DNA from: Pocillopora damicornis
Taxonomy: Eukaryota
Assembly: GCF_003704095.1 (NCBI RefSeq)
Contig: NW_020846169.1
Location: forward strand, 124,001 to 188,000
Reading direction: 5' to 3'
DNA length: 64,000 nucleotides
A program made the translations under genes and the position numbers. The notes beneath the pieces are model-generated. The model saw only the letters and a program-made list of their open reading frames with translations. It did not search any database and was not told the DNA's origin. Numbering within the stretch: the first letter of the stretch is position 1; each line of letters starts with the position of its first letter. Of the stretch, positions 37,538-51,196 are shown piece after piece.

Positions 37538-39409
37538 TGTGGATCAGAGATTTCCTAAGCTGTGAGTTTGAATAAATGTGCAGCAAACTGCGAGAGAAAC
37601 AGAGCTTGAGTTGTCTTTATACTGGCTCGCTTGTCAATCACATTTAAAAGTTAATGCATACAACGTTAATGTCATACTCTGCGTCCTTTCTTTCTCTGTC
37701 ACCATGTGAACGGCCTTTCTGAGTATTCAGGGTTAAATGATAATGCTCAAATCTTAATAACGCTTTCCGAAGACAATAAGTAGCTCAATCAGATGACGAC
37801 TTGGCACGCATTCTGGCTATTCCTGTTCAACATAGTTTATTACTTGAAAATTGCTCTAATTGTGATCTGAGAAAATTAACGTTATTGTGCATTAGAGTCC
37901 ACACGCTAATCATATGCTTTAAATGAGAAGCGTAAATAATTTTCGCTCTTTTTAGGGTCAAAACTACCAAATTCTTCGTACAAAAAATCATGATCCAAAA
38001 CTGTCATTTGTTAAATGGACAGGTTTTTTTAATCTTGTATTCAAGCAGTTGACTACACCATTTAAAACGTTTTGTGAGACTCGCCACCACAGAAGGGTTT
38101 CTTCCCTTGTCCTGTTTACCTCAAACTCCTTCCTTCAGCTCTATCTAGTTTCGTTTTTTAAATCATGCACCATCCTCACATTCGGCGTATGTGGTTTACA
38201 CAATAGACAAAGCAAAGTGTTGACATTGTTTAGCCAAGGAAATAGCAAGTATCTTTGTCGTTGGATCCTGCTTAAAGGAGATATAAACTCCGCCAAAAAA
38301 AGTATGAAACATACACGGAGATGAGATTCAATAGAGTAACCTACCTTTCCAAAAATTGTCTTCCAATGTGGTAAAGACGTAAAAGTTGATCATGGTGCTG
38401 CCCTTTTGAGTCGCAAATGTAACCTACTTGGAGTTTAATTCCACTCCCACTTAATTTTGAAGCGTTCTGTGTGAATGACAAGGGCTGGAAAACATTATTG
38501 ACGCAGAAAATCATTTTTGCGTCGAACAAGGCATTAATTGCCCATAAACCACGTATTGAGGTTCTCGCCATGAAGTGCATGTGAGGCCAGCTTAGTGAAT
38601 TGTTTCCAAAATAGTGTCATCTATCTTCCAATTCTGAGAACATATGTACACTTTCTTGAGAGGCTAGTCTATTCTTTACAACCATAAAACGCTGAAGAAT
38701 TGATTTACTTTTGATAGCGGAGATATTACATGGTTTTGTAGCGTGTTTCATTTAACAGGACAATGTTTGAGACAATCGGCAGTGTCGAAATTGCCTCAAT
38801 GCTTACTTGCGTCTCAATTTTCTCCCCTGGGTAAAACTCTTCCACATCACGACACACTGGCCGCGTGCGAGAGGTATGTGGGTCACACTCTCACAATTTT
38901 TCCAGGTGGAGTGAACGTGAGTCTGAGAGATATTCCATAGTTTTACAATACGAATAAAATATAACAAGAGAAAAATAAACTGATTTTCTATTGTCTCTTG
39001 AATATAATTAAAGCTTTAAAAGTGCTGGTCTTAAGGCCGGGACAGTAAGGGGGTAGCCAGAAGACTAGCCGGGGCGCGCACATGTATGATTTTTACTGAT
39101 TAGTTAACTAATAACGTCAATACAACTATGGCTTTAAACTGCCCTATAAAATTAATCAGAATCCACGATTCTCTCTCGTAAGCAAGCAACCTCTTCTCTT
39201 CAAGACATCTGGCGAGGCTTTAAACTCAAAAATCCATCTGGTGGCTCGCCTCTGAACCTGCTCCATATTAAATTTATTGACTTCTGGGTAAGAGCCTAGT
39301 ACTTGGTAGCATAACAGAGGTAGGGGTTACACCACCGCTAAATATAGGGACATTCTCATTGACACTTTAGTTAACATGGGACATGTCTCTTCAGCAGACC
39401 GAGAAGTTT

Positions 39410-39640
39410 CAGAGCCGTAGCTAGCATGAGGCTAAACGAGGCAATTGCCTCGCCTTGACTTGACAAGATTGACTTTTCTGAAGAAAAATTCCACGGGAAA
39501 TGCTTAAAGAACATTTCTGAGCTTCTAGTTTTCAAAATTTTCCGGGGGGCATGCCCCTAAACCCCCCTCGCGACTCGCGACTCGCGCCTTCGGCGCTCGA
39601 AACTTGCCTCGTATTGTTCTGAAGTCTGGCTACGGCCCTG
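39410..39640. mobile_element. 231-bp GC-rich MITE with ~15-bp TIRs
   Basis: TIRs cagagccgtagctag ... ctggctacggccctg, flanked by agttt on both sides. Confidence 0.7.
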
Positions 39641-42600
39641 AGTTTGTGAGCTTTTGTCGAGATAATAAGCAAATGAGAGTGACAAGTAAGCTGGTTCGAA
39701 GAACTACACCCAAAACCTTTTCCTTATGCACGCGAAATAAATTTCGAGGCCTTTAAAATAGTCTTGAAGTGAATACTTTTTCTTGTGCATTATAGACAAA
39801 ACCTTGCATTTGGAAGTATTACATTGGAGTTTGTTATTGTGGTTGCACTATGCTATTCGGAAACTTAAACCACCAACGGAAGTGTGCTACTCATTCAAAA
39901 TGAACCGTATTTCAACCTGGCCTGTCGAGGTAGAAATATGAGACCTCAGTCACTGATACCTAAAGTGTCGTTAGCATTATTCTTATCATGAAAAGGATGA
40001 AGAAAGGTTTACAAAGTAGAAATGCTTCAATAAGCACTTGGAATTGTATCGCCAGTTAAAATCAAAACGATAAAAAAGCCATATTATTTCATCAAAATTT
40101 ATTGAATTTTCTCGTGTCAGTTAAACTTTTACAGTTTCTGATTCTTAGGGCTTAGTAACTCCAAGTCAGACGAGGAGGACTCCTGCTCAGTGCAGTAAAT
40201 TTATTCACAGCTCAGTCTGCGCCTCGGTTCAACGTTCAGTGCTTTCACATCAAAAGAGGCAATTAAAAATCATTCGTGCCACATTTTGCCATCTGCCTTA
40301 GCAGTATGTTATGGGAAAAAATTAAATAACAACGAAACTAATTGCTTTAATTTTGTATAAACCAAAAAGTACGCATATCGTTATTTCTAATTTCTCCCAC
40401 AGTTTCATAGGAAAATACCGAAGATCCTAGTGAAAATAACTCTTAATGAGTTTTTTTAAAATTTGCTTCTTCACATCAATCATTTCTGAATCGATCTGTA
40501 TTTCTATGTTGTTCTTTTCTTTGGCTTTGGTCTGATACTGAAAAAAAATATTGCCAGCTATTGGAAAAAACCATACTAGCTCAAATTTGTAAACAGCTGT
40601 TTTGTTGGTGTTTCTTTTTTTTTTTTTTTTAAACGGGTTAATTTTAATTTATTCAGAATTACGATATTTTGCTATAAAGAAGAAGAAGAACATGTGAAAT
40701 AGCAACATATATTATTTTTGATTTATGACAGAGAAATTCTTTAGTTTTGCCCCAAGTTTGCTTTGTTTAGGATCCTCATCACACATCTTTGTCGAATATT
40801 TCTGAAAATAACTTTACGGGCTAAATAAACACGATTTTTACCGAAATTCCGAGTGCTTGGTTTCACATTTTGCCGTTTGCCGAAAAAAATATTTCATTAT
40901 TTGATCTGTGATTGTTCTTCCGAAAGGCACTTAATTTTCACTTATCCTTGTTTTCCTTTAATCGGAAAATAAAATAATTGCATTCAAAGCAGGTGCTAAA
41001 TCCATGTACTCATCTCACCCTTCAACTCAAAAAGTTTAAAAATACATTTATTTTGATACTCGATTAGTCCTTACCATGAGAGTGTTTGAACAAATATTCA
41101 TCCCACGGGGGACTGCGGCTGGTTAAAGAAAGCAACTACAGCAATCAGATGGGCAAGCTAAGCATACATTTCAGGGACGTATGTTTCATTAGTTGCTTCC
41201 GTTTTGATCTTGTAAATCCAAACAAAACGCAATTTTGATAGACACGTTAGGTCTTTTGCACAATTTACTTAGTTATTTTCATAATTGTGATTTTAATGGG
41301 AATCAGCTTTTAGCACAATAAAAGGCTGGTCATAAGGATGTATGCAGGTTTGTTAATTTACGCTCATCTTTTTCGCTCCCCTTTCATCCACAAATTTATT
41401 ACCACTTAACGATCTCCAATTTTCGAATTTTTTTTTCAACTTAGCCTGATGACATTTCTGTAAATATAGTTATATAGATGAAGATAAACATGACATTATT
41501 ATACTGCCCTCTGCGCATTTTGCAAATGGTTGATCATTAATGAATCAATAATTTAGGCTCTTTGAATTTCGTGATAAGTTGATAACAATTAAGTTCAAAG
41601 TTGCCCCTTTACAGTCGTGGTACAAAAACAAACTTCCACAGGAAAGGTAACTGAGAGACAAATTTTAAGATCATGATTGAGATTATTTTATCCCAACAAT
41701 ACGCAGGACACTTTCCACCGCTAAACTTTTCGCGGCTTTGAATTGAGGGAAGACAGTGGAGAGAAAGGTGCCAAAGACAAGGTTTTCACAATCGTCTTCA
41801 TTTGTGTACTAATTCCTTGCTATTTATTCACTTATCTAAAGAACTCATTAAGAACAAAATTGCGGATATAACATTTCCTTCAGATGATGCACGATATTCT
41901 TATTCAAGTTTACTTCATTATGGAACAAAAGTCAGTTTACTTGGTCGCTGGGCAAAGAACATCAAACAAAATAGTCATTGGTCCGTACCCGATTCTAAGG
42001 AAATCCTTTCAAGGTTTAAACTGTGGAAATGAGGCGAAAAGTGGCAATTGCAAGGTTATCTGCTGGAGGAGGGAACGAAGCCAGAACTAAGGTTAGTTGA
42101 TGAAATGTCTTGATACCAAGATTGCTGTTACCACAGAAAACAAAAGTTTCATAAATCGTTAACTATTCCATAGTTTTGCAATTCTGGGCTGACACGCTCC
42201 ACTAATTTTTTTAATGTCCGAAAAAGGGGAATTGTCGTTAAAAATGGTGAAATAATATGAGATACAAAGCTCAATAAAAGGGGGCATTAGCAAAATCAAT
42301 TGGGTAAAATCGTTCTAAGGAGAACTATTTTCAAAACTGAGGTTTAAGAGGCAACCAACACTTTCTGGAAAGACTGAGCACCAATATATATATCGAAAGA
42401 CACTTCACACTATTAAGAAAGCGTTTGAAGTACACTTTTCTACCTGAAAATCTTAAAAGAGGCTGAAACAGCCCTGTTTGGCTACACGGTATAAATCGGA
42501 ATACCAAGATGAACAACTCAAGAACCACTTCACACTACGTGTCAATTTTTTGCAGTTTGGATTCATTTCAGACCGAATAGAAGATCACTTTAAACATGAT

Positions 42601-43983
42601 TTACCCTTCTCATTAAATGCATCGTATCGTCTATACTGGGGTGTTTTAAGGTTCTTAAAGTGAACCAATAACTAAGAACTAAATATTTTCAATAAAAATC
42701 ATAGAAGAGAAAAGAAGCTTAGAGTCTTGGTCCCCCAATGTTATAGCGTCGGAACATGGAAACCGAAGCTCTGAGATTCAAATCCTCAGAAGGGACTTGG
42801 ACTGTTTATCGCTATGATAAGACGTCGTTACTTTTCCGCTCAACCCTAACCGCGAGCTAGAAATTCCCTTTGATGACGTTATCACACTGAGAAGGGTTAC
42901 TGTTGCAAACTTGGTCAAACTTCTCCCTGCAATTTTTCTTGCTTCCCTTTTTACTTCTAAAAAAATTTATTATCGCTTCAGATCTACATTTTAAGCTAAA
43001 ATGTAGAAGAGGACCAGTGATAACTGATAACTGACAACTACTCAATACTACCCTCAAGAAATCCGAATAACTGGGTGCCCCGTTGTTTTCAAATAGTTGT
43101 TCTTGAGACACCAGTCACTATTACTACAGAGGTAAGTTTTTTAGAATCTTTATCTTCTCCAAAATAACTGAAAGATCTAAGAAAATTCATTGTATTTAAA
43201 TGTGTTTAACTTGAAATTATCAATTGCAATATAGAGTTACTCTCTCCTATAATTTATCAAAGATCTATCGCTCATTGTACCGTAACTTCTGTCAAGACAG
43301 CCGACCGCACTTTTTATCAGTTTACTGGTGTAATAGACCACTTTATGGATATTTGGAACACACTCGAAAATCTCCTTAATCGCAGAAGTGCCTCCGCCGT
43401 TTTTAAAACATTCATGAAACATTTATCACCGAGTTGTCATTTCATGCATATAGAAAGTGTCGACTTATTGCATTTTTTACCGTCACATTTACCTCTTTTG
43501 GGTTGTTGAAACTCACTTGAAAAGCTTTTAAATCATCACGTCTGAATTTTACGCAGTGGTAAATGATTTCAAAGTTCAATGAATTTCATCATTTCTGATT
43601 TAATATTATTGGATTATTCGGCAAATATTCCACAAAGTTCATGTAAATTGCCTGCCGGATCAGAAAACTGGAGGGTCCCAATAAGTGAAATGGAAAAGTA
43701 CACGAAATCCACGTTATCAAGATCTGCAAAGGCGAGTTCAACAATAAGGCTTTGTCTCTGTAATACACCACTAACCCTCAAAATGTTCATGTTAGTTTCT
43801 CCTGTTAAGATAATTTTACTTTAGAATTGTTTTTACTTAGAACAACTCATGTTAACTCAAAAGGTCTTCTACCTTAGGCTGCCTGAATGGTTTTTGTGTA
43901 ATTTTGCAAAGCTTCTTAGTGCTGAACATTTTCAGATAACATTGCGATTAATGTGGTTAATTACAGGCTAAAGAACGTTTGCG

Positions 43984-44997
43984 ATGGGGCTTGGAGCGAG
44001 TCACTGTTTCGGTGTCTGGGCTCCAACTGAGGTTTCCATAACGACAATGGTGTTAGCTATCGTTTTCATGATAGCAACCGTCCCAGGAAACTTGATGGTC
44101 ATCTTGGCAGTTCTATTCGATCCCAACAAAAATCTTCGAAACCCGTTTACGCTTCTGGTGGCAAATCTTGCCGTCACAGACCTTATCGTGGGTGCGCTGG
44201 TAGAGCCGTTGTCCATTAACACGCACTACAGAGAGTCTCGAGGCTTGTCCATCAGCATGTCATGGTTCTCTCAATCTGTGTATTTTCTGTGTTGCACGGC
44301 GTCTCTGCTGAGTCTTGCAGCACTTACTGTCGATCGCTACTTAGCGATAACAAAGCCTCTGTGGTACAGAGCCAACGCCAATTATGGGCGTGTAGCCACA
44401 GCTGTCTCCCTGGTTTGGATCCTTTCATGTTGTTCCACCTCCATTTTCTTCTTTGTCGGCTTTGTGGCCTACGCTTTTGTCTTTGCCAACATTACGATGT
44501 TTTGCACTATTTTTATCTTCATTTTCTCTTATGTGCGTATCTTTCAGTATGCCAAAAACCAAATCACCCAAATCGACAATTTGACCGACGGTCAAACAGA
44601 GCTAAATAAGGCTCGTCAACGAGCCATAGAGATGGAAAATAAGCTCACTAAAACCTATCTGATCATGCTTGGCATCTTTCTGTCCTGTTACATACCTTCG
44701 TGCATCATGATCTATTTCATGAATCTTTGCCAGGGATGCAGCTGTGAGCTGATTCACTGGCTGAGAGATTTCCACTTTGTTTTCATCACAATCAATTCTC
44801 TCATCAATCCCTTTCTTTACGCCTTCCGACTGCCGAACTTTAAGAGTGCAGTGAAGCGAATACTCGGTTGTGCATCCCAAGTTGCTCCAGTAATCGTTAC
44901 TACGGGCAACGAGGTCACAGTCAAGGACTCTGGTCCCAGAAATTTGTCATCCACCAACATCAGGAGCGCTTCGCAAACCCCTGGTCCATGTGAGTAA
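43984..44997 (+). CDS. Class A (rhodopsin-like) GPCR, single coding exon (337 aa)
   Basis: Seven hydrophobic segments with motifs GN (TM1), NLAVTD (TM2), DRY, W (TM4), CYIP (TM6) and NPFLY (TM7). A possible splice acceptor ttacag lies just upstream. Confidence 0.93.
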   Translation: MGLGASHCFGVWAPTEVSITTMVLAIVFMIATVPGNLMVILAVLFDPNKNLRNPFTLLVANLAVTDLIVGALVEPLSINTHYRESRGLSISMSWFSQSVYFLCCTASLLSLAALTVDRYLAITKPLWYRANANYGRVATAVSLVWILSCCSTSIFFFVGFVAYAFVFANITMFCTIFIFIFSYVRIFQYAKNQITQIDNLTDGQTELNKARQRAIEMENKLTKTYLIMLGIFLSCYIPSCIMIYFMNLCQGCSCELIHWLRDFHFVFITINSLINPFLYAFRLPNFKSAVKRILGCASQVAPVIVTTGNEVTVKDSGPRNLSSTNIRSASQTPGPCE

Positions 44998-47147
44998 AAC
45001 CTTACCTTCTGCAAACCGAGATGATTTCCTTGAGGAGACGCATTGGATGAAGAAATCACATGTAATCGTTATACGGGAATACTTTACTCTTTATTGACAG
45101 CTTTGCGAGTTTCTTCTTTAACGAAAAACTCCATATTCAGGTGCTTGATGTGTAGAAGTCCTATTGTTGGAAAAAGTTTTTCCAGAAGTTTTTTTCTTCA
45201 TTGTTAGGTCACTTTTATGTTAACAAAAATGTTTAACCTTTATTCTACCTTACTTAGTAATAGACAAACAAAGTATCTTTAATTAGCTTAATGACCAATT
45301 TATGAGCAAGAGAAAACTTCGGCAGATAAATCACCAATAAGTGACACTGATCCCTCGACGAACATGAGTAGATCCTTGTTGAATAGTTTTGATTCGCAGT
45401 GATAAAAAGGCAGTAGGCATTCTCAACAAGGGTGTCAGACTTACAGCTATTCTCAAAATGATGCACTGACTACATTATTCGATATATTTAAAATCTCTTA
45501 AGTTACGCCAGTTCATGAAGATGGTAGGGAATCTTAACACTTTCAGGTCTTCCACAAATTTTTTGAAAAATCATCTGAGAAGGACTACCGAATAATTTGG
45601 ACAAGCGCGGTAACCTCTACCAGATTCAATTACGATTCGGGCAAAAGGGGGCATTGCACGGCGCAAATGAAGGCATAAACTAATGGCAACTAAGGGACGG
45701 GCTTTGACGTATACATATGATGGACATTAATGTATCATATGATAGACATTAATGTATTCTTGTAGTGGACACCAATGTCTACATATGTGAGGTTTTCTTC
45801 GGAAGGCTCTGAAACTATTAATTGAAACATCCCAAGAAAAACGTTAAGGTATAGGAAAAGTGGCCTTCGTCATTTCACTAGTTACTTTAAAACAGGAAAC
45901 GATATATTGCGATATGAAGTATTGCCCCCTTGAAGTAAGCAATCACTTGTGGTATTTACATAAATGATTTTTTTACGAGTTATGCGTGTTAGTCAGGTAT
46001 TGGTGTCATTAGCGTTTGTCATGCACATTAGTTTTGCAAGTAAACAGTATGTTATGTGGGTATTCTGAGAATATATTGAATTGTATGTAAAGTACGAATA
46101 AATAAAAGACAAAAACGAAATGTAGGTAAATGATTCATCTTGTTACTCTTACGTACATAATTTCAGAATATTTTCAGACGACACTAATTTACGTGCTTTA
46201 TAACGTGACTCAAGCAAACTACAATTCTCTACCAAGGTCCAAAAACTCTTTAGTTCAGTCACTCGTTGGTCAAATCGTCTTTGCCTTAGACAAAATGAAA
46301 ATTGTTTTTTATTTTAATAATCACTGAATTGGCCGAGCCACACATTAGCATCACTTATTCTTTTTTTAATATATTGTTGTAAGTGAAGTGGCCTCTCCCA
46401 TAAGTCCCGTGGCTTCCTGGATCTTCTCGCGTTCTATTAATTGTAATGCTGTAGATTATTTTTTTTGTATTGGTAAAAAGGAAAATAATAATAATATGAT
46501 GATGATGACTTTGAGCCTAACACAACTGATTAAAACTGATCTGTGTAAGTCAGACTTTGCTGCGATTGTCATCAACAATTTGATTAATCACTCCCCCCAA
46601 AGGCTGGTTTTGTCTCACCTCTTGACCAGTGCCTTCAAATAACCTTCTGGGTCCCAAATAAACTGTGAAACTGATAAAGGATAACAGTAATGACGATAAG
46701 ATGTACTGAACCGACGGAAAATATATTTTTAAGAGGGATGGGGGAGAGGTGGGGCCCTGTCATGCTTGCTATCTTTACCTCTCTAGACACAAGACTACGG
46801 GCAAATAGACACGAGTTTGCAGTTTAAGTCCTCTGGTCAAGATCCAGGGGAGCAAGGCGGGTCTAAAAACTGCGTCGTCAGTCTTTGAGGGTTTTTCCTA
46901 CCAAGAACTGCAGTTGATCCCTATTCGTCCGGCAACGGTAAATCATGACAACATGAGCGGGCCGGTTTCGTATAATTGAGGTGTACTGGTCTTCTTTTCC
47001 AGGCAAGTGAAGGGGATTGGAAAACTAACTGTTTTGTCACTCTTTCGCCCTAATTTTCTGTCATTGGTGTTACTTCGACTCCTGTTCTTTCACCAGGCAA
47101 AGTAACTCATGTAACTGTAGAGCGCGATCTTTTATGCGCTTATGCTC

Positions 47148-47312
47148 AGGTTAGGGTTAAGGTTTTAGGGTTAGGGTTGGGATTAGGGCTAGGGTTAGGT
47201 TTAGTGTCAGGATTTTAGGGATAAGGTTAGAGACAGGGTCAGGATCAGGGTTCGAATTAGGGGCAGTGTCAGGGTTCTGGGTCTGGGATTTAGGTTTTAC
47301 GGTTAGAGGTTG
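47148..47312 (+). repeat. Degenerate interstitial TTAGGG-like hexamer array
   Basis: ggttagggttaaggttttagggttagggttgggattagggctagggttagg... Confidence 0.8.
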
Positions 47313-50300
47313 GAAGTGCCACCATGCGATGTGTGAAAATCAGCCTTTTAAGAATTCTTTGACAAAGAGTCTTTTGGAGTAATTTATACTTTTACTTGAG
47401 AATGTGGGAAAAAAGGATTTATTTTGCAAAACACTCCCTACGCCTGTAACTGTTGTAATAACATACATAAAAAAAATTAAGCGCCCTTAATTGGTTGAAA
47501 ATGAGTACATTACATGTGACAAGAGTGCAAAGTTGTGATAAGAATTCAAAGTTGTATTACGAGCGCAAAGTTGTAAAACGAGTGCAAACCCTATATAGCG
47601 CGCGCGCAATGTCAAAATTTCGTCTGTCTTGAGTTCTCTATGAATTGCACTTGCGCTACGGAATCATGCAATTTAGTTGTGTTTGAAAAAATTTACTCGC
47701 GCTCATTAACTGCGAACTACATTCGAAATAATGTTATCACCTTAACAAAACTCTTCCCCCTCTCCCTTCGATCAACCTGATTTAATTATACTTGCTGGCT
47801 GAGGAAAAGTCTTTTCTTATCAAAATACGGAAAAAAGTCGTTAATCATCAGTGTTGATATGATTTTCGAGATAGTTCACGATGTGTCCTCCTGTTCCTGT
47901 AAATGAGTAAGCGTGTGGGCCTCTCTACCGAGGATAACAACTGGTCAGTGAAAGTGTTTTGGTTTTACTTAGAGAGCAATGGTTTATGGGGTGGACCAGT
48001 CTGTCGACAGGTCCCAAGGCTAATCTCAATTTCCTGAACCTAAGGACGATATTTTTTATGAAAAAGACAAATTCAATTCTCTGCCTTATGTCAGTTTACG
48101 TAAAAAAGTAAAAGGGGCATTTTTACTTGCTTGACAATAAATATTAAAAAAACTGTCCCAGATTTGGCAAAAAACAAATTGGAAAAGCACAATCATTAAA
48201 TCTGTACAAAGTTCGTATTACAAACGAAAAAGTAGCAGCATTCTTACAAGCATGCGGAGCGGCACGCATGACATTCATGAGCGCTCCGATATTATTGCAC
48301 GCGTGAGCATGCGCAGTAATGCAATGATCATTCCGAGCCTGCAGTAAATTACGTCCACAGCTGCTGTGGGTATAGGGAATTCGGTCGACGCTCTATCATT
48401 TTATATCATTTTTTTTTTAAGAGAACACAAAAATATGAAACATCTCTCTGAAAAATCATTTTTCATGTTGAAATTTGAAGAGTAAATGAAGTAGATCAGA
48501 TACAATTTAACATGTAAGTATATTTCATACTGAAAAAAACTGAACTTCAAACGTTGAAGATGACACACGTATATGAATTTCTTTTTTGAATTTAGAATTT
48601 TACAGATGGGAGCAGAAAGTTCATTACAAGAGAGTAGGAGAGGAAGTTCAATGATGCATACAGCTGCCATTTATTTGAATATATTATACTAGAAGATTAA
48701 AAGGATAAAAGACGCAGTCATGTGAAGTTTATGGCTTCCTGCCCAAATGAAACGAATTTTTAACGTGCGAACAAGTTGAGTGTTTCTGTCCTCTGCAAAA
48801 GTTGATTTTCAATGGTAAACATGTGCAATCCTTTCAACTGACAAGACAGCTGTATTTGTGATATCTGGACAGGTGAGAACTAATATTACATTGACTGAAT
48901 TTGAAGTCTTGTTTACTTCTTTGTAATAAATTTATTTTGGTTCGAAAGGGTTGTATCTCTCGGGAGAATAGCGAGAAATATGTCTTGCGACAATGGCCGA
49001 CAACGTAGCATTTGCACGGGAAGGTTTTTCACGGCTTCAGCGATAAAAACAGCTTTAATGTTTTCTCAAACCAAGGAAATTGATTGTTTCTTTTTCGTCG
49101 AACCAAATCCTTTGGAAGGTGTGTGGTCATATCTAATTTTCTTACATTCTGCCTCTCTGAACTGCTGAAGGTGATAACAGTTGGGATTAGTCTATACCTT
49201 AGACTTTGATTGAAAGTACGTCAGGTAGAATGTCAGAGAGAAAAAGTGAGTTTAAGATTTACCTGGAGCGCGTATTGATCGTTTTCGATTGCGTTGCATG
49301 CGGAACACACAAACCAAGCACAGATATGAGAATTACGCACTCGATATTTGCCAAAGATATCGAAGATAAGAAGATATTCAGTTCAACATTAGTGCATTCA
49401 AAGACGTGAAGTGAGTTTGGGCCAAACTTACGAACTTTCGGAAAAACTTGACACAATGCTCGGGGTAACCAGCCTTGAGGCTGAAACGAAGAATGCCAGA
49501 CACGTGGTTTAGAAAAGCGTGTAAAACGTTTAAAACCGCATGGGATATACCCGACTCATGATTTATTTGTTCAATTAAAAAAATCCATGATTTATTCAAC
49601 CGTCAATTCGAGGTGCAAGTCCTTTCTTCAGTAAAAAAGTAAAAGTCCACGTTAACTTTGAATAATATCTCCATTAAATCAGATTAAGAACCTGCTGAAA
49701 TCAAGGATTACATTCACCTTTCATCATTCATCAAAGATTCACTTTACCCAAAGGGGGAGGAGGGACTCTTAGGATTTGTGGTTGGGGTTGTGCTGCCGTA
49801 ACCGTTTTTCATTCCAAAACATGTCAATTTCTAGATTTGTTTTCAGAAGTGGCCCTTGAAAGTTGTAATAGCAGTGAGACTCTATTATTCCACGTTGTAG
49901 GCTAAAAATGTCAAAAGCAAATTTCACTCAAGTGGAGCTTTGAACCTATCCTAAAACAAATTTCAAATGCCTGTTTTGTGTTGGGGTCAAACATATTTCC
50001 AGCTTTATGTAGCAACGTTCAGACAATAAATTCGCTGCGAAATAAGTAGAGAATGCGCAGTCCTTGGTTACTGATGAAATCAAGAAATTGTTCGATGTGG
50101 CCAGTCCTTCTCAATGCTTTATAGACGCTTTCGATAAAATTCATGGAAATCTTATTTCTTACAGTTTCTCGCGAAAGATCAGATTTTTTCCCATTACTGG
50201 ATCATTATTCCTGCACAGCGGTGAGCGAGGCAAACTAGGATTAGCTGTAGCAGCTTTACAAGTCAGTCTTGGTAAACGCAGACCTAATCTTTATCTAATA

Positions 50301-51009
50301 AGAGCACGTCAACTTTTAACTACCCCATATTACTAGAACAATTTGGTTAAGCCTGAGCTCGCCGTAATGTTGGTTGCAAGATGTAGGAACACCTTGTCCT
50401 GGTGGTCAGTGTATTGAACTCTCCATTAAAAAAGTCCAATTGATATTGATTAGTGGTCGGGGACGCTCACAAAAATAAAACCAGTTCAAACCTTTATGTA
50501 TCAAATTTGCACAGAATCAAAGATAGGCCCTAAACTACAAGGAGAAGAAACCAAAAGGTCCTCGTTAAAGAAATTGATACACAAGTGTTATTTATTACCC
50601 TCGGTATTATCATATACCTCAGTGGAATCAGTCGTACCTAACATAATTTCGTGTTTGCTTCAGCTTCTCGTCTTGTAGAAGTGCAGATCCCTTACTTACA
50701 ACTATATAGGTTTCAAGTTTACACGTTCCAACTTTCGATCGATCGCTTCGTGTTGTTACTTTCTTTTTTCAGCGCTTTCTGGTGCCCAAATGAAAACTTT
50801 CAGAATTCAGCGCTAATGGTGAGTCACAATCACGTTCTTAACAGAAATCTCTTTCAATAAACCTTGAGTTTAACTACCATTGAATCGTCAAATGCGATAT
50901 TGCGTCATCAATTAAGAGAAAATCAATTTTCACTTTCTAAATACAAAAGCAACGTCCTACTCCCCGGAAATGTCATTAAAAAAAAAGTCAATTATCTATT
51001 CAATCAAAT

Positions 51010-51196
51010 CCCACCCCAGGTCAAGGTCGTGAACTCAAATGTCACAAAGGGCTACTTACCAGACTGAAAATGAAACGCAAAATATCGTAATAAACGTTGT
51101 CAGTTCCCACCCAGGTCAAGGTCGGGAACTTAAATGTCACAAAAGGCTACTTACCAGACTGAAGACAAAACGCAAATATCGTAATTAACGTTGTCA
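51010..51196 (+). repeat. Direct tandem duplication, ~96-bp unit x2
   Basis: ccaggtcaaggtcg.gaact.aaatgtcacaaa.ggctacttaccagactgaa...aacgttgtca occurs twice. Confidence 0.9.

Noticed and set aside
51010-51196. Direct repeats as a CRISPR-like array
   Set aside because: Only two adjacent long units with no spacers and no cas genes, in a eukaryotic context.
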